Assembly: GCA_950073265.1 (NCBI GenBank)
Contig: CATMPJ010000003.1
Location: 1-63,057 of the forward strand
Direction of reading: 5' to 3'
From: an uncultured bacterium
Lineage (GTDB): Bacteria; Patescibacteriota; Minisyncoccia; Phycocordibacterales; UBA918
Length of the DNA: 63,057 bases
A program made the translations under genes and the position numbers. The notes under the pieces are model-generated. The model was not told the DNA's origin. It did no database searches and saw only the letters and a program-made list of their open reading frames with translations. Shown piece by piece: positions 54,976-63,057 of the stretch (the first letter of the stretch is position 1; every line of letters starts with the position of its first letter).

Positions 54976-55293
54976 TTATGAGCTCAATGCTAGATGTCTC
55001 ATATACTCTGAGACTGATTTAAATCCGCTTTCGACGGCTTTTTTTTCAATCTGCTTTTTAGCTGCAGGGGTAATTCTGAATCTGACAACATTAGACTGTG
55101 TGGCTTGATATTGTTTTTCTGCAACAATTAAACTTGGCAGATCGATGAGAAGATTTGCCACATCTTCTTTTAGAAAATCTTGCGCGACATTTGCTGCCTT
55201 ACATTCAACAAAAACTACGTCATTTTTCTTTTCAGTAAGGCTGTAGGGATACTTTTTGTTTTGCACTGAGACTACCCCTTCGACTCTTTTCAT
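54976..55293 (-). CDS. hicB: HicB-like antitoxin with a C-terminal ribbon-helix-helix
   Basis: Directly downstream of hicA. The C-terminal VVRFRITPAAKKQIEKKAVESGFKSVSEYMRHLAL is CopG/RHH-like. Confidence 0.6.
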   Translation of the reverse strand: MKRVEGVVSVQNKKYPYSLTEKKNDVVFVECKAANVAQDFLKEDVANLLIDLPSLIVAEKQYQATQSNVVRFRITPAAKKQIEKKAVESGFKSVSEYMRHLALSS

Positions 55294-55307
55294 AACTTTA
55301 CTAGGCT

Positions 55308-55547
55308 TTACTTTACTTTTTCAATATATTTCTTTGCTTCTTTTTTATAGAAGTCTTTACATTCTCCATTGTGTACAGGGATTACTAAGTCCTCCCGCAA
55401 TTTATCATGTTTGAATTTATAGTGACTACCACTCTTCGGTTTAATCATCAAAAAGCTAAAATGCTCTAACACTCTCACAAGTTGAGCAAAGCGAATTGAT
55501 GTAGGGTTTGCTAAAAATTTATCGACCAATTTTTTAATGTTTGCCAT
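55308..55547 (-). CDS. hicA: HicA-family mRNA interferase toxin
   Basis: PKSGSHYKFKH...LVIPVHNGE pattern, 79 aa. Confidence 0.8.
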   Translation of the reverse strand: MANIKKLVDKFLANPTSIRFAQLVRVLEHFSFLMIKPKSGSHYKFKHDKLREDLVIPVHNGECKDFYKKEAKKYIEKVK

Positions 55548-55561
55548 AATTAATTCATATT

Positions 55562-55592
55562 ATGTAGCTACATACTAACAAATGTAGCTACA
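55562..55592 (-). promoter_or_regulatory. hicAB promoter with two copies of an ATGTAGCTACA(T) palindrome
   Basis: Copies at 55562-55573 and 55582-55592. On the minus strand, TTTACA-16-TAGTAT places one copy in the spacer and one over the likely transcription start. Confidence 0.5.
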
Positions 55593-55720
55593 ATGTAAAG
55601 TGCTTTGTGTTCTCTGGGTATAGACAGGCTCAAGCAGTGTGTTTAGTCTTTGTTTGATCCCTCCCCTCAATAGACCAAACAATTTTTGAATAATCTTTAC
55701 ATTTCCGCTATGCTCAGAGC

Positions 55721-57109
55721 ATGAGCAAAACCTACCGGCGCACCGCTTTTATCTTTAGACGTGATTTACGCCTTGGAGATAATTTAGGCCTCCTAGAGGC
55801 ACTGGAAGCAAGCGAAGAGGTGTTGCCAGTTTTTATTTTTGATCCGCGCCAAATTGACCCGAAACAAAACGAATATTTCAGCGCTCCGGCTTTTCACTTC
55901 CTCCTTAATTCACTCAAAGAACTACACGAAGCTCTCACGTCGCGCGACAGCCGGCTGTATGTGTTCGAAGGGAATCCAGGAGAAGTCACCAAATCACTTA
56001 TCGAAAACGACGACATTGACGCTGTTTTTGTAAACAAAGACTACACCCCATTTTCACGCAAACGAGACAAAGAAATAGCTGCTGTGTGTGAGGCAGCCAA
56101 TGTTGATTTCAAACGCTGTGACGATTGCGCTCTAGCGAGCCTAGAGGGGATTCGTACTGGGCAAGACAAAGTCTATACGGTATTTACCCCGTTTATGAAG
56201 AAAGCGATGGAGCAAGACGTGTCAGCACCGCGGAAAAATAATTTTTCAAATTATTTTTCCGCGGCACCCAAGACAAAGACGGTTTCTTTGACAGACTACT
56301 CTGTAGACGTTGATCAGTACGACTTAAACTTGCAGGGGGGACGCGATGAAGGTTTAAAGATTTTGCGTGAAAATCACTATCTTAAAAACTATAAAGATCG
56401 CCGTAATCTGCCAGCCGAGCACGGCACTTCTCGTCTGTCTGCCCACCACAAGTTTGGCACCATCTCAATTCGCGAGACATATCATATGGCGAAAGAAGAA
56501 GCGGGTAAGCATTCTCAGTTTATAAGTGAACTGTATTGGCGAGATTTTTATTTTTATATTGCCTACCATTTTCCAAAAGTATTTGAGGAATCTTTTTTAG
56601 ACTGGGCAAACAATATTGAATGGGTGAATGACGAGGATCAGTTTTCCGCTTGGTGCACAGGACGGACCGGTGTGCCCATGGTAGACGCTGGTATGCGGGA
56701 ACTAATCAGCACCGGTTGGATACACAACCGTAGCCGCATGATTGTAGCTTCATATTTAACCAAAAATCTATTGATTGACTGGCGCTGGGGTGAAAAGTTT
56801 TTTGCGCAACATTTGATTGATTACGACCCAAGCCAAAACAATGGCGGTTGGCAGTGGAGTGCCTCAACAGGTGCCGACCCAAGGCCATTACGTATCTTTA
56901 ATCCGTACACGCAAGCACAAAAATATGATCCCGATGCTGCGTACATTAAAAAGTGGGTGCCAGAGCTTCGTGAAGTTGAAAACAAAAAACTCACCGACGG
57001 AAAAACGCAAGATTTTAGTGAAATCGCTGAAAATTATCTAAGCCCGCTCGTAGACCAAACTGAAACCTTCCACCGCGCTATGGAAACGTACAAAAAAGCT
57101 AAGAAATAA
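55721..57109 (+). CDS. phr: Deoxyribodipyrimidine photolyase (class I CPD type)
   Basis: TGVPMVDAGMRELISTGWIHNRSRMIVASYL and GGWQW motifs. Confidence 0.9.
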   Translation: MSKTYRRTAFIFRRDLRLGDNLGLLEALEASEEVLPVFIFDPRQIDPKQNEYFSAPAFHFLLNSLKELHEALTSRDSRLYVFEGNPGEVTKSLIENDDIDAVFVNKDYTPFSRKRDKEIAAVCEAANVDFKRCDDCALASLEGIRTGQDKVYTVFTPFMKKAMEQDVSAPRKNNFSNYFSAAPKTKTVSLTDYSVDVDQYDLNLQGGRDEGLKILRENHYLKNYKDRRNLPAEHGTSRLSAHHKFGTISIRETYHMAKEEAGKHSQFISELYWRDFYFYIAYHFPKVFEESFLDWANNIEWVNDEDQFSAWCTGRTGVPMVDAGMRELISTGWIHNRSRMIVASYLTKNLLIDWRWGEKFFAQHLIDYDPSQNNGGWQWSASTGADPRPLRIFNPYTQAQKYDPDAAYIKKWVPELREVENKKLTDGKTQDFSEIAENYLSPLVDQTETFHRAMETYKKAKK

Positions 57110-57216
57110 AGCTTTGATTCGTTGCAAATATACAGTCTTGTGGTATTGTTCATGACATTATTGCGTCGCTTATTGACTTAAGACACGCATACTTTTAATT
57201 TTTAAGCTTCAACACT

Positions 57217-57891
57217 TTGCAAAACAACAAACGATTCCCTAGAAAAGATACACGCACCAGAATTAATCACGCAATTAAGGCACCCGAACTACGAGTAATC
57301 GGTCCTGAAGGCGAAAACTTGGGAACTCTTTCACGCGAAGATGCATTAAAAAAGGCCGACGAACTGAAGCTCGACCTGATTGAAATCTCTCCAAACTCGA
57401 AGCCACCAGTAGCAAAAATAACCGACTACGGTGAGTACCGTTACGAAACCAAGAAGAAAGCTAGTAAGGCGAAAGCCAAAGCACACGTCACTGAAACAAA
57501 AAGTGTGCAAGTAAAGATTGGTACTGGGGATCACGACCAGCAACTGAAGGCCAAGCGAGCCGCGGAGTGGCTGATGGAAGGTCATCGCGTTAAAGTCGAT
57601 CTTTTCCTGTGGGGACGCTACAAGTACATGGAAGCGGATTTTCTTAAGGAACGGTTGGAACGATTCCTAAAAATCATCCCGGCTGACTACAAGATTGCTG
57701 ATCCGATTAAGAAAAGTCCGAAAGGATTCACCGCCACCATCGAAAAAACCGCTGGTGCTAAAGCCGATAAGGTAAAGATTATCGAGGAAAAGACCGAAAA
57801 GGAGGAGGAAAAGAAACAGACAGAAGAAGTTGCAAAATCGAAGAAAAAAAGTCTCGACGACCTATTAGACATTGAAGGTGGATTGATCTAG
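57217..57891 (+). CDS. infC: Translation initiation factor IF-3 with a Lys/Glu-rich C-terminal tail
   Basis: RINHAIKAPELRVIG...LDLIEISP...KPPVAKITDYG pattern. TTG is the first possible start after an in-frame TAA at 57196. Confidence 0.9.
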   Translation: MQNNKRFPRKDTRTRINHAIKAPELRVIGPEGENLGTLSREDALKKADELKLDLIEISPNSKPPVAKITDYGEYRYETKKKASKAKAKAHVTETKSVQVKIGTGDHDQQLKAKRAAEWLMEGHRVKVDLFLWGRYKYMEADFLKERLERFLKIIPADYKIADPIKKSPKGFTATIEKTAGAKADKVKIIEEKTEKEEEKKQTEEVAKSKKKSLDDLLDIEGGLI

Positions 57892-57892
57892 T

Positions 57893-57930
57893 AAAAAGCA
57901 GCCGGCCTCCTTAGAGGCCGGCTGCTTTTT
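57893..57930 (+). terminator. Intrinsic terminator after infC
   Basis: aaaaagcagccggcctc-cttag-aggccggctgcttttt. Confidence 0.85.
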
Positions 57931-57932
57931 AC

Positions 57933-58029
57933 TTGCGAAAAACCACTAAATACGGTATATTCTTGCCACTTCGCCCTATCCCTTGGGCAAGCCCGATCAT
58001 AGCTCCGACTGCTTTTAGTCGAAATCAAT
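57933..58029 (+). promoter_or_regulatory. rpmI-rplT promoter and structured leader (possible L20 autoregulatory site)
   Basis: TTGCGA (57933-38), 17-nt spacer, TATATT (57956-61). The leader of about 60 nt contains the CTTGCC/GGCAAG and CGACT/AGTCG stems. Confidence 0.4.
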
Positions 58030-58221
58030 ATGAAAACAAACAAATCATTTACAAAGAGAATTAAAGTGACAAAAAACGGTAAACTTGTTGCTCGTAAACA
58101 AGGCCAAAACCACTTTAACGCTCGACAAACAGGTCAGCAGCGACTTCGCCGCAAGCGAACTCAAACGCTTACTATGTCAAAACGAATTACTCGCCGCTTC
58201 CTTCCTAAGAGTGGAGCTTAA
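58030..58221 (+). CDS. rpmI: 50S ribosomal protein L35
   Basis: MKTNKSFTKRIKVTKNGKL...HFNA pattern. Confidence 0.9.
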   Translation: MKTNKSFTKRIKVTKNGKLVARKQGQNHFNARQTGQQRLRRKRTQTLTMSKRITRRFLPKSGA

Positions 58222-58237
58222 TTTCAGTACCTAAGAT

Positions 58238-58582
58238 ATGGCACGTGTAAAAGGAGGATTGATGGCGCAAAAGCGTCGCAAGAACATCCTCGACGAAGTA
58301 AAGGGATACCGACTACAGCGCTCTAAGAAGAAGCGCGTCGCCCGCGAGGCGATCTATCATGCGCAACTGCATGCGTTTGATCACCGCAAGGACAAAAAGG
58401 GAGATTTTCGACGACTTTGGACTGTCCGCATCAATGCAGCACTTATGCCTCACGGTGTTAAGTACAGTCGCTTCATCAAGATGCTGAAAGACAAAAACGT
58501 CACACTTGACCGCAAAGTACTCGCTACTATTGCCGTCGACAGCCCAGAAGCATTTGGTCGAATCGTAGATTCAGTCAAATAG
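58238..58582 (+). CDS. rplT: 50S ribosomal protein L20
   Basis: MARVKGG...RRKNIL...KGYRL...DRKVLA pattern. Confidence 0.95.
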   Translation: MARVKGGLMAQKRRKNILDEVKGYRLQRSKKKRVAREAIYHAQLHAFDHRKDKKGDFRRLWTVRINAALMPHGVKYSRFIKMLKDKNVTLDRKVLATIAVDSPEAFGRIVDSVK

Positions 58583-58625
58583 ATTCACCAAAATAAAAAC
58601 CACCAACTCATAGAGTCGGTGGTTT

Positions 58626-59213
58626 TTATAGTGAACGTAATATTTCCAGCGAATCAACTGGCCCCGTGGTCTTGAGGGGTTTCCCTCCTAGGTCTGAAAA
58701 GATATCGAGCACTTGCTGCTGGTCGTCCAGCAATAATGAGTTCCCGAGCGGCACGCTAGTCTTGGTTTCCCACTTACTAAATAACTCACCATTATTGTCA
58801 GTCTTGTGAAGACCCTCATCAAATGAAATACTGATGTGATCAAAGTATTTAGTTAGATTCAGTGCTGGAATTGTGAATCTAGTGAAACAATCCATGTTAC
58901 CCGACATCAAAATAGTGACGTAGGTTTTATTGAGTCGCTTTATCTCGTCTAATAATTTTGGATCGATATATAGGTTCTTGCAGTCTTCCACAAAAATATC
59001 CCAAAGATATTCATATGATAATCCAAGTCCCGAGGCTACATACTGATTTGCTTCCTCAGAAGAATATTTGCCCCGCATCCAGTTATTCATATAAACTCTG
59101 TCACCCCCAAACAAAAACTTTTGAACCGCAATTCTATCTGTTTCCGGTAAACTGCGCCAAAGATGGTCTGTTGTTAATGTTCCGTCACAATCAATGTATA
59201 TGGCTTTTTTCAT
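58626..59213 (-). CDS. HAD-superfamily hydrolase-like protein
   Basis: Motif I YIDCDGTLT. The later motifs are weak. Confidence 0.6.
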   Translation of the reverse strand: MKKAIYIDCDGTLTTDHLWRSLPETDRIAVQKFLFGGDRVYMNNWMRGKYSSEEANQYVASGLGLSYEYLWDIFVEDCKNLYIDPKLLDEIKRLNKTYVTILMSGNMDCFTRFTIPALNLTKYFDHISISFDEGLHKTDNNGELFSKWETKTSVPLGNSLLLDDQQQVLDIFSDLGGKPLKTTGPVDSLEILRSL

Positions 59214-59215
59214 AT

Positions 59216-60580
59216 TTAAAAATCTATCTCTATTTCGGCGTTTGGTTCTGGTGCAACTGCTTTCGCTCCAACATAATCACGCAAACGCTGTGTCAAAAAA
59301 AGCGACGCCTTTTCTTCGCCCATAGTCACAAAAATCTGTTTAGCTTTCTCCCCTCCTCCTTCGTATACAAAATTAACTAGTTGATCGCGATCAGCGTGAC
59401 CAGAAAAACCACGAATCGTCGCTATCTTCGCTTTTACTTTGACTTGCTTCCTATCTATCCAAACCTTCTTTGCACCATCCTGCAGTAGGCGGCCGATGCT
59501 GCCTGTGGTCTGATACCCGACCAGGAGCAGTGTGGTGCTAGGATCATCCAAAAACTCTACTTCGTGTTGTCGAATTCTACCACCATGACTCATACCTGAG
59601 CCGGCAATGATTATTTTGGCACCCTTTGTCCGTGCAATCTGATTAGACTCTTTGATTGTCTCGGTAAACTTTAGTCCTTCAAAGGCAAAAATGTCATCAC
59701 CGGTTTTTATTTGCTCTTGTATTTCTGGCTTGAGATACTCAATGGAATTACGATAAATACTTGTCACCTTAATCGCTAACGGTGAATCAAGGAACGTTTT
59801 GATCGGCTCTATATCACCCGACTCCACCATATTGTTTATCTCATAAAGCATTGCTTGGGTGCGTTCAAGACTAAACGCTGGAATGATGAGTGTCCCTTGT
59901 TTTTTGATAGTATCCTCAATATATCCCTTAAGGAGATTGGTGCGTTCTTCGACCTGTTCATGAGAGCGATCGCCATACACGCTCTCCATTACCATATAGT
60001 CGTAATCATGCGGAATATCCGGAGCAGCAAGCAGTGGCTGCGGATTGTTCCCCAAATCTCCAGTAAAAACAATTTTTTTACCGTCACGCGTAACCTCAAC
60101 TATTGCTGAACCCAGAATGTGACCAGCGTCAAGGAAATTTGCGCTTAGCGTATCACTTAGATGAATTTCTTCATGATACTTAGCCGTTTCCCATAAGGCT
60201 AACGCTGCTCTTATATCTTCGGCAGCATACAAAGGGTCACGCTTCTCGCGAGCGGCTTCCATTTCCATGATCTTGAGTGCATCCTCGAACATTACCGCAG
60301 CTAAATCTTTGGTGGGCTTAGTTGAGTAAATAATTCCTTTAAAGCCATCTTTTACTAATTTTGGAATACGGCCAATGTGATCGGCGTGCGCGTGTGTAAC
60401 AAGGAGAACAGCAACTTCACTCGGGTTATAAGCAAAGTTTGCGCTGTTAATCTCAGTAGCAAATTCACTACCTTGAACCAACCCACAATCAACCAACACA
60501 GTAGCGTTATCAGTGCGTAGCATAAAATTAGCACCTGTTACCGAGCCAACCCCGCCGTAAAATCCCAGTGTACTACTCAT
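59216..60580 (-). CDS. MBL-fold / beta-CASP family RNA-metabolising nuclease
   Basis: HAHADH motif, followed by beta-CASP and C-terminal motifs (SGHAD). Confidence 0.8.
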   Translation of the reverse strand: MSSTLGFYGGVGSVTGANFMLRTDNATVLVDCGLVQGSEFATEINSANFAYNPSEVAVLLVTHAHADHIGRIPKLVKDGFKGIIYSTKPTKDLAAVMFEDALKIMEMEAAREKRDPLYAAEDIRAALALWETAKYHEEIHLSDTLSANFLDAGHILGSAIVEVTRDGKKIVFTGDLGNNPQPLLAAPDIPHDYDYMVMESVYGDRSHEQVEERTNLLKGYIEDTIKKQGTLIIPAFSLERTQAMLYEINNMVESGDIEPIKTFLDSPLAIKVTSIYRNSIEYLKPEIQEQIKTGDDIFAFEGLKFTETIKESNQIARTKGAKIIIAGSGMSHGGRIRQHEVEFLDDPSTTLLLVGYQTTGSIGRLLQDGAKKVWIDRKQVKVKAKIATIRGFSGHADRDQLVNFVYEGGGEKAKQIFVTMGEEKASLFLTQRLRDYVGAKAVAPEPNAEIEIDF

Positions 60581-60944
60581 ATGATTTATTCTTTTGCTTC
60601 AAAATAAGATAACCAGTCAGTACACCCAAGCCACCGACAAAGATGTCTTTTATAGTATCGAATAGATAGGTAGACTGACTAACAAATCCAATAGTATATT
60701 CAAATACCTCCCAAGCAAACATCATAAGCAAAGCAATACCGAAAACGGTGCGTTTATTAGTTTTCTTAACATATTGCAAGTGATGCAAAACACGTACCCC
60801 GAGGACTATCAAAAGCCCTCCCCAAAAATGCATAACAACATCAAACCAGGGATAGTACCAATACAACGAAGTAATCGTTGCAAAGACGTGCGTGAGTGCA
60901 AATAAACCACCGAGCGTTAAGAAGACAACGATGCTTTTTGACAT
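60573..60944 (-). CDS. Hypothetical 4-TM membrane protein
   Basis: Hydrophobic ORF that overlaps the downstream gene's start by 8 nt. Confidence 0.5.
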   Translation of the reverse strand: MSKSIVVFLTLGGLFALTHVFATITSLYWYYPWFDVVMHFWGGLLIVLGVRVLHHLQYVKKTNKRTVFGIALLMMFAWEVFEYTIGFVSQSTYLFDTIKDIFVGGLGVLTGYLILKQKNKSYE

Positions 60945-61014
60945 AGAATTATTCTAACAGAGAAACGGGCTTTTTGCTGATGAAAAAACACCTCTGGCGA
61001 GGCGTTTTTTCATC

Positions 61015-61180
61015 GGAACCACAAGTGCATGCTCCCGAAATGAAAATTCCAGGTGGGCGACCTATCCGAGTCGTGTTTGAAATCAAACTATAACTTGCGC
61101 GACAGTTTGTTCTCAGTCCTTCTCGTATTGAATTCGGAAGCCCTGATGCAATGTAATTCAGAACATACAAATGTGGTTCC
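61015..61180 (-). ncRNA. Candidate structured sRNA of unknown class
   Basis: This 285-nt gap has no credible ORF. A 9-bp closing helix (GGAACCACA at 61015-23 with TGTGGTTCC at 61172-80) encloses 166 nt. A second helix (GCUUCCGAA/UUCGGGAGC) has a G-U pair only on the minus strand. The element lies between the ndk terminator (about 61201-61225) and a 16-bp hairpin (60979-61014). Confidence 0.25.
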
Positions 61181-61229
61181 ATTTATAATGGTATCACACA
61201 AAAAAACCGCCTCAAGGGCGGCCTTAGTC

Positions 61230-61817
61230 TTATAGAGTATCGTAGAGAATGCGTTGCTGAGCGGTGGTGTAATCCATGAGCTCTTCACTCTTAAACCAGA
61301 TAGCAATTTCTCGTTCCGCTTCCTCAGGTGACTCAGACTGATGAACAAGATTGCGTACCGCTCTGTCTTCATATGCGGCGTGAGCAAACGAGTCTACTGT
61401 GTAGTCTCCTCTAATTGTTCCCACGTCAGAAGTTGTCGGTTCAGTTGTACCTACAATTTTTGTAACTACAGAAGTTGCTCGATTGCCTTCTAAGACAAGT
61501 GCGACCACTGGGCTTTCTTGCATGTATTTAACAATGGTTCTGATGATATCTTTGCCGTATTCAATCGCCTCTTTTTCAACCGGCTTACCCATATTCTTTA
61601 GGTCTTCTACAATCCCTGCACCCTTTTTAGAGTACCATTCGTCATCTTTATTGTAGTGGGTGAGAAGTTGTTCTTCTGTGGCATTGAGCATTTTCATAGC
61701 GGTAATTTTTAGCCCGGTTTGCTCAAAGCGCTTAATAATCTCTCCGACCAGGCTGCGTTGTACCGCATCGGTCTTGAGTAGTACAAGTGAACGTTCTTGG
61801 TGTGGGTGTTTATCCAT
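61230..61817 (-). CDS. ndk: Nucleoside-diphosphate kinase (long form, 195 aa)
   Basis: ERSLVLLKTDAVQRSLVGEIIKRFE...NLVHQSES pattern, with an insertion of about 45 aa. Start set at the ATG at 61817. Confidence 0.85.
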   Translation of the reverse strand: MDKHPHQERSLVLLKTDAVQRSLVGEIIKRFEQTGLKITAMKMLNATEEQLLTHYNKDDEWYSKKGAGIVEDLKNMGKPVEKEAIEYGKDIIRTIVKYMQESPVVALVLEGNRATSVVTKIVGTTEPTTSDVGTIRGDYTVDSFAHAAYEDRAVRNLVHQSESPEEAEREIAIWFKSEELMDYTTAQQRILYDTL

Positions 61818-61864
61818 AGATATTGTATTTAGATAGTGGCGGCAGTATACCAGAGGATGAAGCA

Positions 61865-61905
61865 AAATGAAACGGCCGCGAGCTTCGCTCGCGGCCGTTT
61901 CATTT
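61865..61905 (-). terminator. Hairpin terminator after map
   Basis: aaatgaaacggccgcgag-cttcg-ctcgcggccgtttcattt. It overlaps the map stop codon. Confidence 0.75.
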
Positions 61906-62683
61906 ACGATCTACGCTTAGTCAAAATCAACGGACCATTCTCGGTAATAGCTACTGTATGTTCAAAGTGTGCACTCCATGACCCATCTTTGGTGAACACA
62001 CTGTATCCATCTCCCTCATCGTCAAAATACACATCGGCACTTCCCATATTTACGATTGGTTCGATGGCATACACATGACCTACTTCTATCTTTGGGCCAG
62101 TCCCTGGGCGTCCTAGGTTGGGAATAGTTGGTTCCTCATGGACAGCATACCCAACCCCGTGACCACATAACACTTCTACCAGAGAAAGACCGCGTGACTC
62201 AACAAAGGTTTGTATGGCGTGACTAATATCACCAATCCGGTTTCCTGGCTGGGCGGCATTTATACCATGCGCTAGCGCCTCTCGAGTCACATCCAGCAGT
62301 TTACGCACGTCAGGCGCGACAGTACCGACCGGCACCGTGATGCCTGAGTCGACGATAAGACCCTCGTGAGCAATGGACATATCAATATTAACCACGTCAC
62401 CTTCTTTAAAGACAATATCGGCAGTAGGGATACCGTGTTGCACACAGTCATTAACCGAAATACACGCCGCTGCCGGATACGGTCGAGGCGCAAACGATGG
62501 ATGATACCCGAGCAAAACAGGCTCTACTTGATATTCAGCAACAAGCTCCATGGCCAAATCATCTAGATCAAGAGCGGTTGCACCAGGTACGGCTGCTGCC
62601 CCAAGCTTATGCAAAATAGTTGCCAAAATATTTCCGGCAGCCTGGAGAGTTTGTATTTCCTCTGAAGTCTTTTTTGTGATCAT
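61904..62683 (-). CDS. map: Type I methionine aminopeptidase
   Basis: Metal ligands lie in DVVNIDMS, HGVGYAVHEEP and EPIVN...FEHTV. Confidence 0.95.
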   Translation of the reverse strand: MITKKTSEEIQTLQAAGNILATILHKLGAAAVPGATALDLDDLAMELVAEYQVEPVLLGYHPSFAPRPYPAAACISVNDCVQHGIPTADIVFKEGDVVNIDMSIAHEGLIVDSGITVPVGTVAPDVRKLLDVTREALAHGINAAQPGNRIGDISHAIQTFVESRGLSLVEVLCGHGVGYAVHEEPTIPNLGRPGTGPKIEVGHVYAIEPIVNMGSADVYFDDEGDGYSVFTKDGSWSAHFEHTVAITENGPLILTKRRS

Positions 62684-62686
62684 GTA

Positions 62687-63057
62687 TTACGCTAGATTAA
62701 GTGCTACACAAATTTGTTTGTGTACGTCAGCAATTGAGGCTGTTCCGTCAATGTCATGCACTACTGTGTCAGGTCTGACTCGGTAGAAATCAAGTACTGG
62801 CAAAGTATCTTCTCGATACCACGCAAGTCTCGTTTCGATTGACTCGGTTGTGTCATCATCTCGCGCACGAGCAACCATACGCTCTCGCACCACCTCTTCA
62901 GGAGTATCAAGATTAATAACGCAGAGATTGTCTCGCTCGAAGAAATCGAGTGCCTCTTCTAAGACTTCAGCTTGGGTGACCGTCCGCGGAAAACCATCAA
63001 CCAAAAGGTGACTCTTGTCATCGAGTTGCTCCAACATCGCCTGCCCCCACAAAAGGT
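62687..63057 (-). CDS. adk: Adenylate kinase; N-terminus is outside the window
   Basis: LVDGFPRTVTQAE...RARDDDTTESIETRL...VHDIDG pattern. The frame is open to the window edge. Confidence 0.9.
   Translation of the reverse strand, partial: LLWGQAMLEQLDDKSHLLVDGFPRTVTQAEVLEEALDFFERDNLCVINLDTPEEVVRERMVARARDDDTTESIETRLAWYREDTLPVLDFYRVRPDTVVHDIDGTASIADVHKQICVALNLA

Noticed and set aside
26929-61905. Family of GC-rich hairpins (26929-52, 29979-30006, 42655-80, 43056-90, 47318-43, 47830-53, 57893-930, 61865-905) as a possible REP/MITE-like repeat family
   Set aside because: The stems share GC richness but not sequence. Almost all sit directly after stop codons, so they are best read as intrinsic terminators. 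The one at 47318-43 lies in the divergent ackA/SET promoter region and remains unexplained, but it is a single case.
1-63057. Alternative genetic code (e.g. UGA=Gly, as in some candidate phyla) or a general stop-codon reassignment
   Set aside because: Full-length conserved proteins (FtsH, RecG, HsdR and both ATPases) translate without internal stops under the standard code. TGA, TAA and TAG each terminate conserved genes at the expected lengths. The DUF2256-like in-frame TAA is therefore a local event.
1-63057. CRISPR arrays, rRNA genes, IS elements and transposases
   Set aside because: I saw no regularly spaced direct repeats, no rRNA-like segments and no transposase-like ORFs. The only recombinase is the serine integrase at 7028-8320.

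Overview
Compact, gene-dense bacterial chromosome segment. It uses the standard genetic code, since TGA, TAA and TAG all end conserved genes at the expected lengths. Many genes overlap or abut. The gene content (DUF5667 anti-sigma next to an ECF sigma, a long Ndk, split mini-operons, several leaderless-looking promoters) suggests a small-genome Patescibacteria/CPR-like organism, but that is inference only.

Layout:
(i) 1-8.95 kb: an AT-rich phage-like integrative element or remnant. It holds a membrane protein, a frameshift-split TIGR04141/DUF6119-like gene, a ParB-domain DNA methylase, small and large terminase, a zinc-ribbon membrane protein with a highly structured leader, a large serine recombinase and an orphan gene. 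No capsid, portal or tail genes are present in the window.
(ii) 9.0-25.7 kb: a metal-homeostasis supercluster. It contains a multicopper oxidase, DUF411, a CPH-type Cu ATPase, CsoR with its operator, MntR and MntH, a CPC-type ATPase with rhodanese and PAP2, M23 peptidase, DUF305, DUF3105, DsbA, ZupT and tRNA-Ser.
(iii) 25.7-48.3 kb: housekeeping genes. These are malic enzyme, Csp-like, recG, tRNA-Ile(UAU), a MacAB-like ABC system, ftsH, smpB plus tmRNA, an ECF sigma/anti-sigma pair, a two-component system, ackA, a SET-domain protein, Smr and mpg. They are interspersed with GC-rich stand-alone orphan genes.
(iv) 48.8-55.6 kb: an AT-rich defence island. It holds an AbrB-like gene, a type I R-M operon (hsdR-hsdM-X-hsdS plus a small 2-TM peptide) and hicAB.
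(v) 55.7-63.06 kb: photolyase, infC, rpmI, rplT, HAD, a beta-CASP nuclease, ndk, map and adk (partial).

No rRNA and no CRISPR array were seen.

Best leads:
- An uncharacterised HEPN-like gene embedded between hsdM and hsdS.
- A riboswitch-like leader with mutually exclusive helices inside the mobile element.
- Long perfect hairpins that sequester the mature 5' ends of tRNA-Ser and tmRNA.
- Two candidate structured ncRNAs.
- A paralogous pair of Cys/His/Met small membrane proteins, one per P-type ATPase operon.
- A DKTRT variant of the invariant P-type ATPase phosphorylation motif.
- A conserved small gene interrupted by an in-frame TAA.

All family calls come from motif recognition by eye. 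No database search was run.
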